A stretch of DNA of 64,000 nucleotides from Nitrosopumilus sp. (lineage in GTDB: Archaea > Thermoproteota > Nitrososphaeria > Nitrososphaerales > Nitrosopumilaceae): contig CBDBGZ010000009.1 in NCBI GenBank assembly GCA_965205425.1, positions 352,001-416,000 of the forward strand, given 5' to 3'. The notes under the pieces are model-generated. The model did not search any database and was not told the origin of the DNA. It was given only the letters and a program-made list of their open reading frames with translations. The position numbers and the translations under genes were made by a program. The first letter of the stretch is position 1; each line of letters begins with the position of its first letter. Of this stretch, positions 39,592-50,047 are shown piece by piece.

Positions 39592-40944
39592 ATGTTTGTT
39601 CAAAGAACCAGAGTTTTACAGATTTCACTTTTAGCTATTTTTTCAGCATTTTTAGTAGAATTAATTTTTGGGTTAATTTCAAACAGTCTAGCACTCATTA
39701 CAGATAGTATTCATGCATTACTAGACAGTGTAGTTACATTGATTTTACTTTTAGTAGCAAGATGGGCAATCAAACCTCCAGATGCGGAACATACGTATGG
39801 ACATGGAAAAATTGAATCATTAGGAGGGCTAATTGGAGGAATAGCAATTTTCATAATTGCTTGCTTTTTCATTTATGAATCCATCAACAGATTACAAAGT
39901 CCACCTCCAAGTGTTTTGCCAGGATTATTTGCAATAATTGGTGGCCTATACACAATCGGAGTTGATTTTTTCAGGATTATTATTCTGAGAAGATCTATTA
40001 AGAAAATTGGTGGGGCTACACTAAAAGCGGATTTTTATCATGCATTCATGGATCTTGGTTCTACATTAGTTGCAATCGTAGGAATTGTTCTAGTTTCATA
40101 TGGCATGTATTTTGGGGATTTTGTTGCTGCATTAATTTTAGGAGTATTGTTAGCAGCATTAAGTGTAAAACTAGTATACAAAACTGCATTAGATTTAACG
40201 GATGTAATTTCCCCAGAACTTGTAAAAAATGTTAGAGAAATTTCAATTTCTACAGAAGGGGTAATAGATGCAGGGCCAATCCTCATGAGAAGATCAGGAG
40301 ATACAATTTTTGCAGATATTACCATTTCATTAAGAGGAGATACTAGTTTTGATAAAGCACATGAAATTAGTGACAGTGTAGAGGTAAACATAAAAAATAA
40401 AATTCCAAATGCTTCTACCACCATACATTTTGAACCAAATTGGAAAAATGTTCCATTAGATGCAAAAATTTTAGAGATTGCAAAAAATGTAGATGGAGTC
40501 AAAGGAGTTCATAATGTCAGTACACATAAAACAAAAGGAAAAACATACTCTAATCTTCATGTAATGGTAGATAGAGAAATCAATCTATTATCAGCTCATA
40601 AAATTTCAGAAATTATCGAACATGAAATCCAAGAACAAGTACCAGAAATTATACATGCAACTATTCATTTAGAACCATTTGTCACAGTTCCAGAGAATTT
40701 CAATATTGAAGATATTGAAACTGAAGAAAAAATCAAGGGGATTTTAGAGAAATATCCAGATATTAAAAAAATTGGCAGGATATTATCTTTAAAATTTGAA
40801 AACATACTCAAAATAGATATTGATTGTTCATTTGACAAGGATTTATCAATTGAAAAAGTTCATGATTTGACATCAGAGATTGAACACATCATTAGAATAG
40901 AAATAAAAAATTCAGTGATTACTATTCATCCAGAACCAAATTAA
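39592..40944 (+). CDS. Cation diffusion facilitator (CDF) transporter with repeated C-terminal domains
   Basis: SLALITDSIHALLD, HTYGHGKIE, HAFMD; three AH/VH...IHxEP cytoplasmic domains. Confidence 0.9.
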   Translation: MFVQRTRVLQISLLAIFSAFLVELIFGLISNSLALITDSIHALLDSVVTLILLLVARWAIKPPDAEHTYGHGKIESLGGLIGGIAIFIIACFFIYESINRLQSPPPSVLPGLFAIIGGLYTIGVDFFRIIILRRSIKKIGGATLKADFYHAFMDLGSTLVAIVGIVLVSYGMYFGDFVAALILGVLLAALSVKLVYKTALDLTDVISPELVKNVREISISTEGVIDAGPILMRRSGDTIFADITISLRGDTSFDKAHEISDSVEVNIKNKIPNASTTIHFEPNWKNVPLDAKILEIAKNVDGVKGVHNVSTHKTKGKTYSNLHVMVDREINLLSAHKISEIIEHEIQEQVPEIIHATIHLEPFVTVPENFNIEDIETEEKIKGILEKYPDIKKIGRILSLKFENILKIDIDCSFDKDLSIEKVHDLTSEIEHIIRIEIKNSVITIHPEPN

Positions 40945-42119
40945 ACTAAGATACTAGTAAGATACATCACCAACATTCCAACTGCAAATCCAGATGCCAC
41001 TGAAGCACTTGAGAGATTATTATCACCTTCATCTCTAATCCATTTCATAATTACAACAATGACCTGAAATATTGCTCCAGCACCAATTGAGAGGAAAATT
41101 ACAGATGTAAATGGAGAATATGAAAAACCACCAATCCAGGCACCAAAAATAGCTGGAGCTCCTGCTATCATGCCCATAGTAGCCAATTTTCCAATCATTA
41201 GTTTTCCTCGTGACATTGGTGTGGCAATTGCTATTCCTTCAGTTGTGTTATGCAAGGCAAACCCTACAATCAGAAATGTACTAAATGCAACAGATCCTAA
41301 TCCAACTGCAGCACCAATTGCAAGACCTTCTCCAAAATTATGTAAACCTATACCAATTGAAATCATTAATGCAATGGCAACTGGTTTTGCAAGTTTTGAT
41401 GAACTAGCTCGTTCAACAAGTTTGTTTCCGGAATAATATAATCCAAGAAAAGACAATATTGTTACAGTAGCTACCAACAAAGAACCATTGAAACTTCCTG
41501 CTAGATTTTCGTCAGAAACTTCTATTGCCTCTTCAATAGAATCAATTGCTAAGAAAAGCAATAATCCGACAGTTAATGCTAAAAAGAAATGGAATTTTTG
41601 TTTACTTATCTTCTTGATAAAAGGAAGCCACAATAATCCAATCATTACTGGAATTATTCCAACATATGTTCCAATTATTGCAAAAAATATTGCAAGATCT
41701 AAAGAAGGTTCTAATGCAGGTGCTGCAGCTTCAACTTCTTTTTCAAATCTTGTTCCATCTTCAATAGTAATTCCAATAATGTAAGGTTCTGCCTCATTCC
41801 ATTCAAAAGGAATTCTAACAAGAGTAGTTTCAAATCTTTCCAAAAATCTGTCAGGCTCTACTGCTGCTGGTTGAATTCTGTCATTGATATCAGCCATTAC
41901 AACTTCAACGGGAATTGGACCAGTATTTCTGACGGTTGCTTGAACTTCAGAATTAACAAAATCTACTTTTTCAATTGTAATTTCAGGTAAAGGAGTTCCA
42001 AAATCTAACAAATCAGCACCAGGGCCAAAAATATAGACCATCATCAGAATAACAAAAGCAAATGGGATAATTCCACTAGCAATTACTTTTCCTTTTGAAA
42101 AATTATTATCAAGTTCCAT
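40941..42119 (-). CDS. ZIP-family metal transporter with N-terminal soluble domain
   Basis: HNFGEGLAIG and HNTTEG motifs; multiple TM helices. Confidence 0.88.
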   Translation of the reverse strand: MELDNNFSKGKVIASGIIPFAFVILMMVYIFGPGADLLDFGTPLPEITIEKVDFVNSEVQATVRNTGPIPVEVVMADINDRIQPAAVEPDRFLERFETTLVRIPFEWNEAEPYIIGITIEDGTRFEKEVEAAAPALEPSLDLAIFFAIIGTYVGIIPVMIGLLWLPFIKKISKQKFHFFLALTVGLLLFLAIDSIEEAIEVSDENLAGSFNGSLLVATVTILSFLGLYYSGNKLVERASSSKLAKPVAIALMISIGIGLHNFGEGLAIGAAVGLGSVAFSTFLIVGFALHNTTEGIAIATPMSRGKLMIGKLATMGMIAGAPAIFGAWIGGFSYSPFTSVIFLSIGAGAIFQVIVVIMKWIRDEGDNNLSSASVASGFAVGMLVMYLTSILV

Positions 42120-43164
42120 AATCAGAATCCTGAATATTATCATCGTGGTTGTCATTTACTAGGAAAATTCCAACCCAACCTTTCTCTGAAAATTCTACCT
42201 TATGAGCATGAAATAGATATTTTCCTGGGAAATCATATACAAATTCCATGATTCCACGCTCGGTTTGAGATAATGTAACCATGTCAGTGTAAAATGAAGG
42301 TACAAGATCAGTACCGGTCGGATAGTATTTGTACAAATTTCCATGAAGATGAAGATTGTTTATTGGATCGAATTCTACCATATTTACTACATAAACTCGA
42401 ATTAATTCATTCGTGTTGATTTGAATTGGATGGTGTTGATAGTAAAAAGGAATGGTATTTGCAGCATAAAAATTATTTTCAGTATCAAAATCGGTATCCA
42501 ATCCATTTAACACCATAACCATTTCATCAGCTGGTGGACGTTCTTCTTTAGGATCAACAATGAACACACCATAAAGGCCATGAACAATATGTTCTTCCAA
42601 AGGCATAACATGGCAATGGTAAGGATGTACCCCTACAGGTCCTGCTGTGAATTCATAAACAAATTGTCCTCCATTACCACCAACGGGTTCAAAAACTCCA
42701 TCCATTCCAGCAGGATGAATTCCATGGAAATGCATTGTGTGTTCTTTTGAACCATTATTGATGAATTTGATTTTCAGTAAATCTCCTTCTGTTGCTCTAA
42801 TTGTTGGTCCTGGAACCGTTCCATTAAAAGTCCACACATTATAAAATACACCAGGAGAAACTTCCATTATTTTATCATCTTCAGCAATAATTGTAAATTC
42901 TCTTAGAACGGTACCGTCAGCTAATTGTGAAACATTACCATAATTGAATTCTCTCAAATATTCCATCGGATCAAATTCTACAGTAGAAACAGTATAGAGA
43001 GGATCAATTATTTCGCCAGATGTTTGAACTATCGCACCGGAGTGAGTTACAAATGTTTTGGGTTCAGACTGTGCATCAGAAAAGGTTGGAAAGAATACAA
43101 TGATCGAGAATCCAATCACTACAGAAAGGAAAGAAATCATAATAGTTGATCTGCCAATTCGCAA
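42109..43164 (-). CDS. Two-domain multicopper oxidase
   Basis: HTMHFH, YHCH....HIVHGL (type-1 Cu in first domain), LHLH, FHAH; N-terminal anchor. Confidence 0.88.
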   Translation of the reverse strand: MRIGRSTIMISFLSVVIGFSIIVFFPTFSDAQSEPKTFVTHSGAIVQTSGEIIDPLYTVSTVEFDPMEYLREFNYGNVSQLADGTVLREFTIIAEDDKIMEVSPGVFYNVWTFNGTVPGPTIRATEGDLLKIKFINNGSKEHTMHFHGIHPAGMDGVFEPVGGNGGQFVYEFTAGPVGVHPYHCHVMPLEEHIVHGLYGVFIVDPKEERPPADEMVMVLNGLDTDFDTENNFYAANTIPFYYQHHPIQINTNELIRVYVVNMVEFDPINNLHLHGNLYKYYPTGTDLVPSFYTDMVTLSQTERGIMEFVYDFPGKYLFHAHKVEFSEKGWVGIFLVNDNHDDNIQDSDYGT

Positions 43165-43194
43165 GATGTATCAAAACTCAAAAATTCTTTATTT

Positions 43195-43251
43195 AAAGTT
43201 ACCCTAAGCTAACTTTTTTAGCCTTGGCTAACTTTTTTGTATTAGGCTAAC
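43195..43251. promoter_or_regulatory. Three tandem 19-bp operator-like repeats next to the MCO/ZIP promoter
   Basis: AAAGTTACCCTAAGCTAAC, TTTTTTAGCCTTGGCTAAC, TTTTTTGTATTAGGCTAAC; abut minus-strand TTTAAATAAA at 43188-43197. Confidence 0.7.
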
Positions 43252-43300
43252 AAATTTTGAAGAAAACTAGGTTTAAACTAAAGAAAATTAGTCTGAATCT

Positions 43301-43807
43301 GTGCAAAAGTCAGGATTAATTATAGTAATTTGTGGATTATTAATCGTCGGAGGATTAGCAATTTCGGTAGTTGAAAATCAAATCACATTAGAAGGAATCA
43401 ATCAAGGTAATGGGAAAGTTACGTCATCTGAAACAGTTACTGTTTCAGTAGATATTGACAGAGAAAAAACACAAACTGGAATTTTTGCAGTTCAAGTAAT
43501 GGAATTTAAAGAAAATATAATATCTGTAAAAATATTAGATCCAACAAATATAGAAATTATATCTCAAAAAGTAAATGAAGATATACTTGAAGAAGAATTT
43601 GATGTGATTGAATCTGGAACTTATCAACTAATAATTCAAAGTTCTGACGATGATGAAATTTATGTGTCAGGTGCAATTGGGCCACTTCCAGATACGGATA
43701 AAAAATTAATTCTTTCTTACATATCTCTAACAATTCTGATTATTGGAATGGGAGGTTTAGTAATTACAGGAATATTAGGAATTAAAAATAGGGGAAAATC
43801 AGTTTAG
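43301..43807 (+). CDS. Hypothetical membrane protein
   Basis: N- and C-terminal hydrophobic helices around a beta-rich domain. Confidence 0.7.
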   Translation: MQKSGLIIVICGLLIVGGLAISVVENQITLEGINQGNGKVTSSETVTVSVDIDREKTQTGIFAVQVMEFKENIISVKILDPTNIEIISQKVNEDILEEEFDVIESGTYQLIIQSSDDDEIYVSGAIGPLPDTDKKLILSYISLTILIIGMGGLVITGILGIKNRGKSV

Positions 43808-44110
43808 ATAACTATCCATTTTTTCCAATCCACTAATAGTTGCATCAAAATTATCACCATCTTCAATAATGCTAGTTAATTTTTCAGAATTTGCAGATAG
43901 CATACATTTTCCTTCATCAGAATTTTTTGAAATAAATCCATGTTCAATCAAATATGAAAGTCGTTCAAGAACTTCAAATTTAGAAATAGATGATTGTTCA
44001 GCCAAGAATGAACAATCTTTTTCACCATCTTCAAGCTCAGCTAAAATTGAAGCAGTTATTGGATCAAACATACATTCAACAATTTTTTCTCGATCAAATG
44101 TCTCACTCAT
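43799..44110 (-). CDS. Winged-helix (ArsR-like) protein
   Basis: DPITASILAEL, LAEQSSIS...V.ERLSYLIEHGFI; start re-assigned to ATG at 44110. Confidence 0.7.
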   Translation of the reverse strand: MSETFDREKIVECMFDPITASILAELEDGEKDCSFLAEQSSISKFEVLERLSYLIEHGFISKNSDEGKCMLSANSEKLTSIIEDGDNFDATISGLEKMDSYLN

Positions 44111-44194
44111 GATTAAATGAAAAATTTTGAAAGTTATAACTTTTTGAGCAGATTCTTCCAATAAGATAATTAAGAAAAGATCTCCAACAAAATC

Positions 44195-44347
44195 ATGCAA
44201 AAACTCTGTAGTAAGGATCCTTCTGGGAAGGGAATACATTGTTTTTGTGTGGAAATTGATGCTCAAAGAGGCGTCAAAAAATGCTGTAAATGTAATCAAT
44301 GGAATGTTCAAGGTAACGACTGGACAAGTGATGAGGACTTTAGATAA
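44195..44347 (+). CDS. Cys-rich microprotein (50 aa), not in ORF track
   Basis: MQKLCSKDPSGKGIHCFCVEIDAQRGVKKCCKCNQWNVQGNDWTSDEDFR*. Confidence 0.55.
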   Translation: MQKLCSKDPSGKGIHCFCVEIDAQRGVKKCCKCNQWNVQGNDWTSDEDFR

Positions 44348-44473
44348 TAAAGTTCAAAAAAAATTATCAAAATTAGGCATAATCTTAAAATGAAAATTAA
44401 TCAACATTCTAAAAATTATCTAATTTGATGCCTAGCATGGTTTTTATCGGGGATTCTTTGAATTTTTGAATAC

Positions 44474-45046
44474 TTGAGCGCACAAGAATATAGACATATT
44501 GTCAGAATTGTAGGAAACGATATTCGTGGAGAGAAGAAAATGATTATCGGATTGACTCAGATAAAGGGTCTTGGCTATAATTTTGCAACTGCCATTCTTG
44601 ATACTCTAAAAATTAATCCAAATTCCAATATCGGCAATCTTACAGAAGAAAATGTTCAAGCAATTGAGAAATTAATCACAGATCCAATTGCCAGTAACTT
44701 TCCAACATGGTTCCTTAACAGAAGAAAAGATATTGAAACTGGGAAGGATATGCATTTGTTAACTTCAGATATTCCATTTACATTAAGAAATGATATTGAA
44801 AGAGAAAGAGTCTCTGCAAGTTGGAGAGGTTATCGTCACCTAAGTGGTCTTAAAGTCAGAGGGCAAAGAACCAGATGTACCGGTAGAAAAGGCGGCGCAG
44901 TTGGTGTAGCCAAAGGTGGATTAGCAGCTCCAGTTAAGAAAGGAGGAGCAGGTGCTCCAGCAGCAGAAGGTGCAGCAGCTCCAGCAGAAGGTGCAGAAGG
45001 TGCAGCAGCAGAAACCCCAGCTCCAGCAGCGGAGAAAAAAGAATAG
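44474..45046 (+). CDS. rps13: 30S ribosomal protein S13
   Basis: [28 protein letters not shown]; Ala/Glu-rich tail. Confidence 0.96.
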   Translation: MSAQEYRHIVRIVGNDIRGEKKMIIGLTQIKGLGYNFATAILDTLKINPNSNIGNLTEENVQAIEKLITDPIASNFPTWFLNRRKDIETGKDMHLLTSDIPFTLRNDIERERVSASWRGYRHLSGLKVRGQRTRCTGRKGGAVGVAKGGLAAPVKKGGAGAPAAEGAAAPAEGAEGAAAETPAPAAEKKE

Positions 45047-45055
45047 GTGTTTTGA

Positions 45056-45652
45056 ATGGGAGATCCTAAATATCCACGTAAAGTTTGGAGAAAACCAAAA
45101 CGACCTCTTAACTATGAATTAAAAATGGAAGAATTAGAAACTCTTGGAACGTTTGGATTAAGAACTAAAAGAGAATTATGGAAAGCACATACAGAATTAT
45201 CACGTGTAAGACATCAAGCCAGATCATTGCTTGCATTAAGACAAGAGGTTAGAGCAGAAAAAGAACCAATTTTGATGAAATCACTGGCAAGAATAGGATT
45301 AGTAAGTGGTGATGCAACATTAGACGATGTACTTAACCTAAATGCAAAGGATTTACTTGCAAGAAGATTACAAACTATTGTTTCAAAGAAACTTGGATTC
45401 AAAACACCATACCAAGCAAGACAAGCAGTAATTCACGGCCACATTATGATTGGTGAAAGAAAAGTAGACATTCCATCTTACACCGTTACAGTTGAAGAGG
45501 AAAGTAGTGTTCGTTTTTCACCAGAATCAAAGATTCCAGAAATGTTAGAGAAAACAAAGAAAGATGAACCAGTAGAAGCTCCTGCAACTGAAGAGGAAAC
45601 TGAGGCTCCTGCAACTGAAACCTCAAAAAGTGAAAGTTCTTCAACTGAATAA
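45056..45652 (+). CDS. rps4: 30S ribosomal protein S4
   Basis: MGDPK, GLRTKRELW, RRLQT, QARQAVIHGHI. Confidence 0.96.
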   Translation: MGDPKYPRKVWRKPKRPLNYELKMEELETLGTFGLRTKRELWKAHTELSRVRHQARSLLALRQEVRAEKEPILMKSLARIGLVSGDATLDDVLNLNAKDLLARRLQTIVSKKLGFKTPYQARQAVIHGHIMIGERKVDIPSYTVTVEEESSVRFSPESKIPEMLEKTKKDEPVEAPATEEETEAPATETSKSESSSTE

Positions 45653-45660
45653 TTAAAAAA

Positions 45661-46569
45661 GGTGATTGTAAACCTATTACCACCAACTATTTTTGAGTAA
45701 TTATTGGAAAAAACAATCAACATAATTGAGTTATCTAAAATAATTCACAACAAATCAACTGCATTGGAATTTCTCTGCAACCAATTCAAAAAGAAAAACA
45801 CAATTCATTGTTCATCATGTAACTCTGAGAATTACTATATTATTTCAAGAGGGAAACTAAGATGCAAAGATTGCAAGACAGATTATAGACCGTTTGCTGG
45901 AACATGGTTTGATATCATCAACATTAATTTTACAAAATGGTTGGCCCTAGTCAAACTATTTGATATTGGGATTAGTGCAAGACATGCAGCTAGAGAAGCA
46001 GATGTCAGTTATCCAACTTGCACTAAATGCTTTTGATTGCATCAGATATTCAATACTGTATCACTTGGCAGAATCAGACAAGAAATTAAAAGGGGAAATT
46101 GAGGCTGACGAGGTACTATTTTGGAGGAAAAAGAAAGGGAAATCGTGGCAGAGGTGCCAAGAACAAGACCATCGTATTTGGCATACTGGAAAGAAAGGGA
46201 AAAGTTCACGTTGAGATTGTAAACAATGTCAAGGCAAAGACATTGCTTGCAGGAACAATCAAGAAAATAAAGAAAGGAAGCATTGTGTATACGGACAAGA
46301 GGAGAGGATATGATTCGCTAGTTTTCAACGGCTACAAACATCTCTCAATAGACCACCGCAAGATGTTTGGCAAAGGTGATGTGTACATAAATGGAATCGA
46401 AGGGTTTTGGAGTTTTGCAAAAGAGAACATGGCAAAGCATCATGGTGTAAGTCCAGGAAAGTTTTTGTTGTACATCAAAGAAATGGAATGGAGATACAAC
46501 AACAGAGATGGAAGATACTTTCTCATTATTGTTAGATTATGTGTTGGTGGTGAATAATTGATAATCACC
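45661..46569 (+). mobile_element. IS1595-family insertion sequence, copy 2 (frameshifted transposase)
   Basis: Near-identical to 10658-11567; 8-bp target duplication TTAAAAAA at 45653-45660 and 46570-46577. Confidence 0.92.
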
Positions 46570-46621
46570 TTAAAAAAATAGGCTTATCAGTAAATAACCC
46601 CAATTATCAAAGAGAATCATA

Positions 46622-48382
46622 ATGTGTTCAATTATCGGTTATTATGGCAAAGAATTTGCGGCCCCAATCATAGTCAAGGGGTTAAAAAGAATGGAATATC
46701 GCGGATACGACAGTGTTGGAGTTGCAACAGAATCTGACCATCAAATTGAATTAAAAAAAGGGATTGGAAAAGTAAATGAAGTAAATTCAAAAATTCAACT
46801 TGATTCACTTCCAGGAAAAATTGGAATTGGGCATACAAGATGGGCAACTCATGGAAAAGTTACAGATTTTAATGCCCATCCACATTCAAGTAACTCAGGT
46901 AAAATTGCCATAGTACATAATGGAATAATTGAGAATTTTGAAGAATTAAAAAAACAATTAGAAGATGAAGGATATGATTTCAAAAGTGAAACAGATAGTG
47001 AAATCATTGCAAACCTTCTTCAAAAATATTATGAAGAAACAAATGATGTCAAAGAAACAATTTTGAAAACAGTTTCAGTAATCAAAGGACATTATGCCTT
47101 TGTAGCAATGTTTGAAAATGGTCAATTAGCTGCTGCAAGATTTCATGAACCACTAATTGTAGGAATAGGTCAGAATGATTTCTTTTTATCTAGTGATGTT
47201 TTGGGTTTTATTGAATTTACAGATGATGCAATTTATTTAGAAAATGGAAATTTTGTTATTTTAGAGGAAAACAAATTTCAAATTTTAGATTTTCAAGGCG
47301 AACATGCAAAATATGGAATTACAAAAGTATCTAAAGAATTTGGAGATGCTTACAAAGGTGATTATGCACATTACACGTTAAAAGAAATCTATGAACAACA
47401 CGAAACAATATTGAAGGCAGGGGGAAAAACTCAAGAAGCAATTGACAAGACAGCAGATTATATCAAACATGCCAAAAATATCTATGTAACAGGAAGTGGA
47501 ACCAGTTACAACTCTGCTTTAATTGCAAAACAGATTTTTTCAAAATATGTAAAAATTAAGGCTGAACCTATCATGTCAAGTGAACTTCAATTTGCACCTG
47601 ACAGTATTGAAGAGAATTCAATTATAATTGCAATATCTCAAAGTGGAGAAAGTGCTGATGTTTTAGAAGCAGTAAAAATTGGAAAACAAGCAAATTGTAA
47701 AATCATAGCAATTGTTAATTTGATGACATCATCACTTGCACGTGAAGCAGACGTAGTAATAGGAATGAATTGTGGTCCGGAAATAGGAGTTGCTGCAACA
47801 AAAAGTTTCACATCGCAACTTGTTATTTTGTACAAAATTGTACAAAAATTAAGTGATAATGGTATCACAATTAATTTTGAAAAATTCTCAGAGTCAATTA
47901 TAAAAATATTAGAAAATCCTAAAAATATTCAACATATTGCTACAAAACTAAAAGATGTTTCAGATGTCTATATCTTAGGTAGAGGAATTAATTATCCAAT
48001 TGCAATAGAAGCAGCATTAAAACTTAAAGAATTAACATACATGCATGCAGAAGGGATTCCAGGAGGAGAATTAAAACATGGACCTCTTGCATTAATGGAT
48101 TCAAATGTATTTGTAATAATTTTTAATCCAAATGATTCTACATATGCAGATACACTAACAAGTGCAAGAGAAATCAAAGCCCGTGGTGCAAAAATTATTG
48201 GAATTTCAGATATCAAAAGTGATGTTTATGATTTTTGGATTGAAATGCCAAAAATAGATGAAGTGTTATATCCAATTTCAGAAATAATTCCAATACAATT
48301 TTTGGCATATTATGCAGCATTAGAAAAAGATGCAGACCCAGACTATCCTAGAAATCTTGCAAAATCAGTTACTGTGAAATAA
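46622..48382 (+). CDS. glmS: Glutamine--fructose-6-phosphate aminotransferase
   Basis: N-terminal Cys, EYRGYDS, HTRWATHG, PRNLAKSVTV. Confidence 0.96.
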   Translation: MCSIIGYYGKEFAAPIIVKGLKRMEYRGYDSVGVATESDHQIELKKGIGKVNEVNSKIQLDSLPGKIGIGHTRWATHGKVTDFNAHPHSSNSGKIAIVHNGIIENFEELKKQLEDEGYDFKSETDSEIIANLLQKYYEETNDVKETILKTVSVIKGHYAFVAMFENGQLAAARFHEPLIVGIGQNDFFLSSDVLGFIEFTDDAIYLENGNFVILEENKFQILDFQGEHAKYGITKVSKEFGDAYKGDYAHYTLKEIYEQHETILKAGGKTQEAIDKTADYIKHAKNIYVTGSGTSYNSALIAKQIFSKYVKIKAEPIMSSELQFAPDSIEENSIIIAISQSGESADVLEAVKIGKQANCKIIAIVNLMTSSLAREADVVIGMNCGPEIGVAATKSFTSQLVILYKIVQKLSDNGITINFEKFSESIIKILENPKNIQHIATKLKDVSDVYILGRGINYPIAIEAALKLKELTYMHAEGIPGGELKHGPLALMDSNVFVIIFNPNDSTYADTLTSAREIKARGAKIIGISDIKSDVYDFWIEMPKIDEVLYPISEIIPIQFLAYYAALEKDADPDYPRNLAKSVTVK

Positions 48383-49429
48383 CCTATCATATTCTTTTTC
48401 AGTTATCTCTAAAAATTTTGTAGAATCGTTTCCAGTTTTTATCATTGAAGAAATAATACTCCCACCAGCTCCAACTCCTTCTTTTGCAAATCCTTCAGAA
48501 AATGCTTTTAATCCAGCATATTGTGAATTTTTCAAGCCTGGATTTACTGAAATTGCAGGAATATCAGCAATTTCTTTTACAAGACTAGTGAAATTTGCAG
48601 TATTGTCATCAGTAATGTAAGAAGTTGTTCCAATTGCAGTATTTTCTTCATTAAATCCAATTTTTGAGGCAAACGCCAAAACAGCTGCCATTTGTGTTCC
48701 ACCAGCTAACATTACATTTGATACACCAGATGCTGAACTTAACATTCCTGCAACAAAAGGAATCATAGGATCGCCAACCTTTGCCAAAATACTGTAAGGA
48801 TGTTCAGAATCTATTCGTTCTAGTGCAGAATTTACAATTTGATTTTTCAACTCTGTCGGGTTATTTGGAATACTGGAGCTAACTTTTGCATCAAATCCTA
48901 ATGCTTTCAATACTGCCAATGCAGTAGTAGTTCCACCAGGAATACTTTCTCCAATTACTAAACAATCAGTTAATGATGCCATACTTCTACCAACAATTCT
49001 TCCATAATCAACAGCATGAGAAACTTGAGAATCAGTCATTGCATCTTCATTTGAAATATTTTTTCCAAATGTCATACCAGTATCCATGAATGGAAGTTGG
49101 GGTGAAATTTTACTTCCAGCATTAATTGTCAAATGAGGGATACTTGCAGATTCTAATGCAGTCTTTGTAAGTAATCCTGGAGTAGGCTTTCCATCAGGAG
49201 TCATCGGGATTTTATCTATAGATTTACAATATCCATAATGAAGATATTCAGCATCTGCAGGAGGTGTATATTGTATAGAATTCTTGTCAGCACCTGCAAA
49301 AGTTATTCCTGGAATTTCACATGTTTCAGTATATGAAATAACGAATGAAAAAAGAAATTTCTTAGATTTCATTGATTCGAGAAAACTTTGTCCTTGTTCT
49401 ATGTTTCCAAAGAGTTCAAAATTTTCCAT
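48365..49429 (-). CDS. cobT: Nicotinate-nucleotide phosphoribosyltransferase, archaeal CobT type
   Basis: TPPADAE, GESIPGGTTTA, LAGGTQM, KEGVGAGG. Confidence 0.88.
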   Translation of the reverse strand: MENFELFGNIEQGQSFLESMKSKKFLFSFVISYTETCEIPGITFAGADKNSIQYTPPADAEYLHYGYCKSIDKIPMTPDGKPTPGLLTKTALESASIPHLTINAGSKISPQLPFMDTGMTFGKNISNEDAMTDSQVSHAVDYGRIVGRSMASLTDCLVIGESIPGGTTTALAVLKALGFDAKVSSSIPNNPTELKNQIVNSALERIDSEHPYSILAKVGDPMIPFVAGMLSSASGVSNVMLAGGTQMAAVLAFASKIGFNEENTAIGTTSYITDDNTANFTSLVKEIADIPAISVNPGLKNSQYAGLKAFSEGFAKEGVGAGGSIISSMIKTGNDSTKFLEITEKEYDRLFHSN

Positions 49430-49438
49430 GATAATTCC

Positions 49439-50047
49439 TTAGCCCATCATATCAAGAAATTGTTGCTCAGTTCGTTTTTGCATCACATGGTTGGTGAGTT
49501 TTTCTTGTCCCAAAGTAGAAATTTCAGCTGAACCGTAATTATGGCCAGAATACATGACTAGATTTTCATCTAAATTGTGTAAAACATCAAAAAGACTGTG
49601 ATAGAGTTCTTTGGCTGATCCTCCAGGCAAATCAATTCTTCCACAATTTCCAACAAATAGTGTATCTCCAGAGAAGATTTTTCCATCACCTATAAGACAA
49701 ATACTATCTTGTGAATGACCCGGCGTATGAAGTACTTTTAATTTTGAATTACCAAATTCGATAAAATCCCCATCCTTTACTGTAATGTCATGTTTTAATT
49801 CTGATTTTTCATGTTGAATGATTGGGGCTTTGGTAGATTCAACCATTGCCTCATTACCTAAAGTATGATCAAAATGGTGATGAGTGTTTACAATGTATTT
49901 GATTTTGAGATTGTTTTCTTTAATGATCATTTCCAATTCTATCAAATCCCAAGATGGATCAATTATGATGGATTCACTAGTATCTTCATCCTCAACAATA
50001 TATGAGAAATTCTGCATATTTCCTACTTGGATTTGGTGAACTTTCAT
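49439..50047 (-). CDS. Metallo-beta-lactamase-fold hydrolase (glyoxalase II-like)
   Basis: THHHFDH, HTPGHS, GDTLF...GR. Confidence 0.88.
   Translation of the reverse strand: MKVHQIQVGNMQNFSYIVEDEDTSESIIIDPSWDLIELEMIIKENNLKIKYIVNTHHHFDHTLGNEAMVESTKAPIIQHEKSELKHDITVKDGDFIEFGNSKLKVLHTPGHSQDSICLIGDGKIFSGDTLFVGNCGRIDLPGGSAKELYHSLFDVLHNLDENLVMYSGHNYGSAEISTLGQEKLTNHVMQKRTEQQFLDMMG

Noticed and set aside
44111..44311. N-terminal extension of the 170-aa ORF 43799-44311
   Set aside because: It overlaps the Cys-rich + strand ORF; the winged-helix domain begins at ATG 44110.
44936..45046. Ala/Glu/Pro-rich repetitive tail of S13 (and similar tail on S4)
   Set aside because: Low-complexity tails on thaumarchaeal ribosomal proteins are common; no further structure seen.
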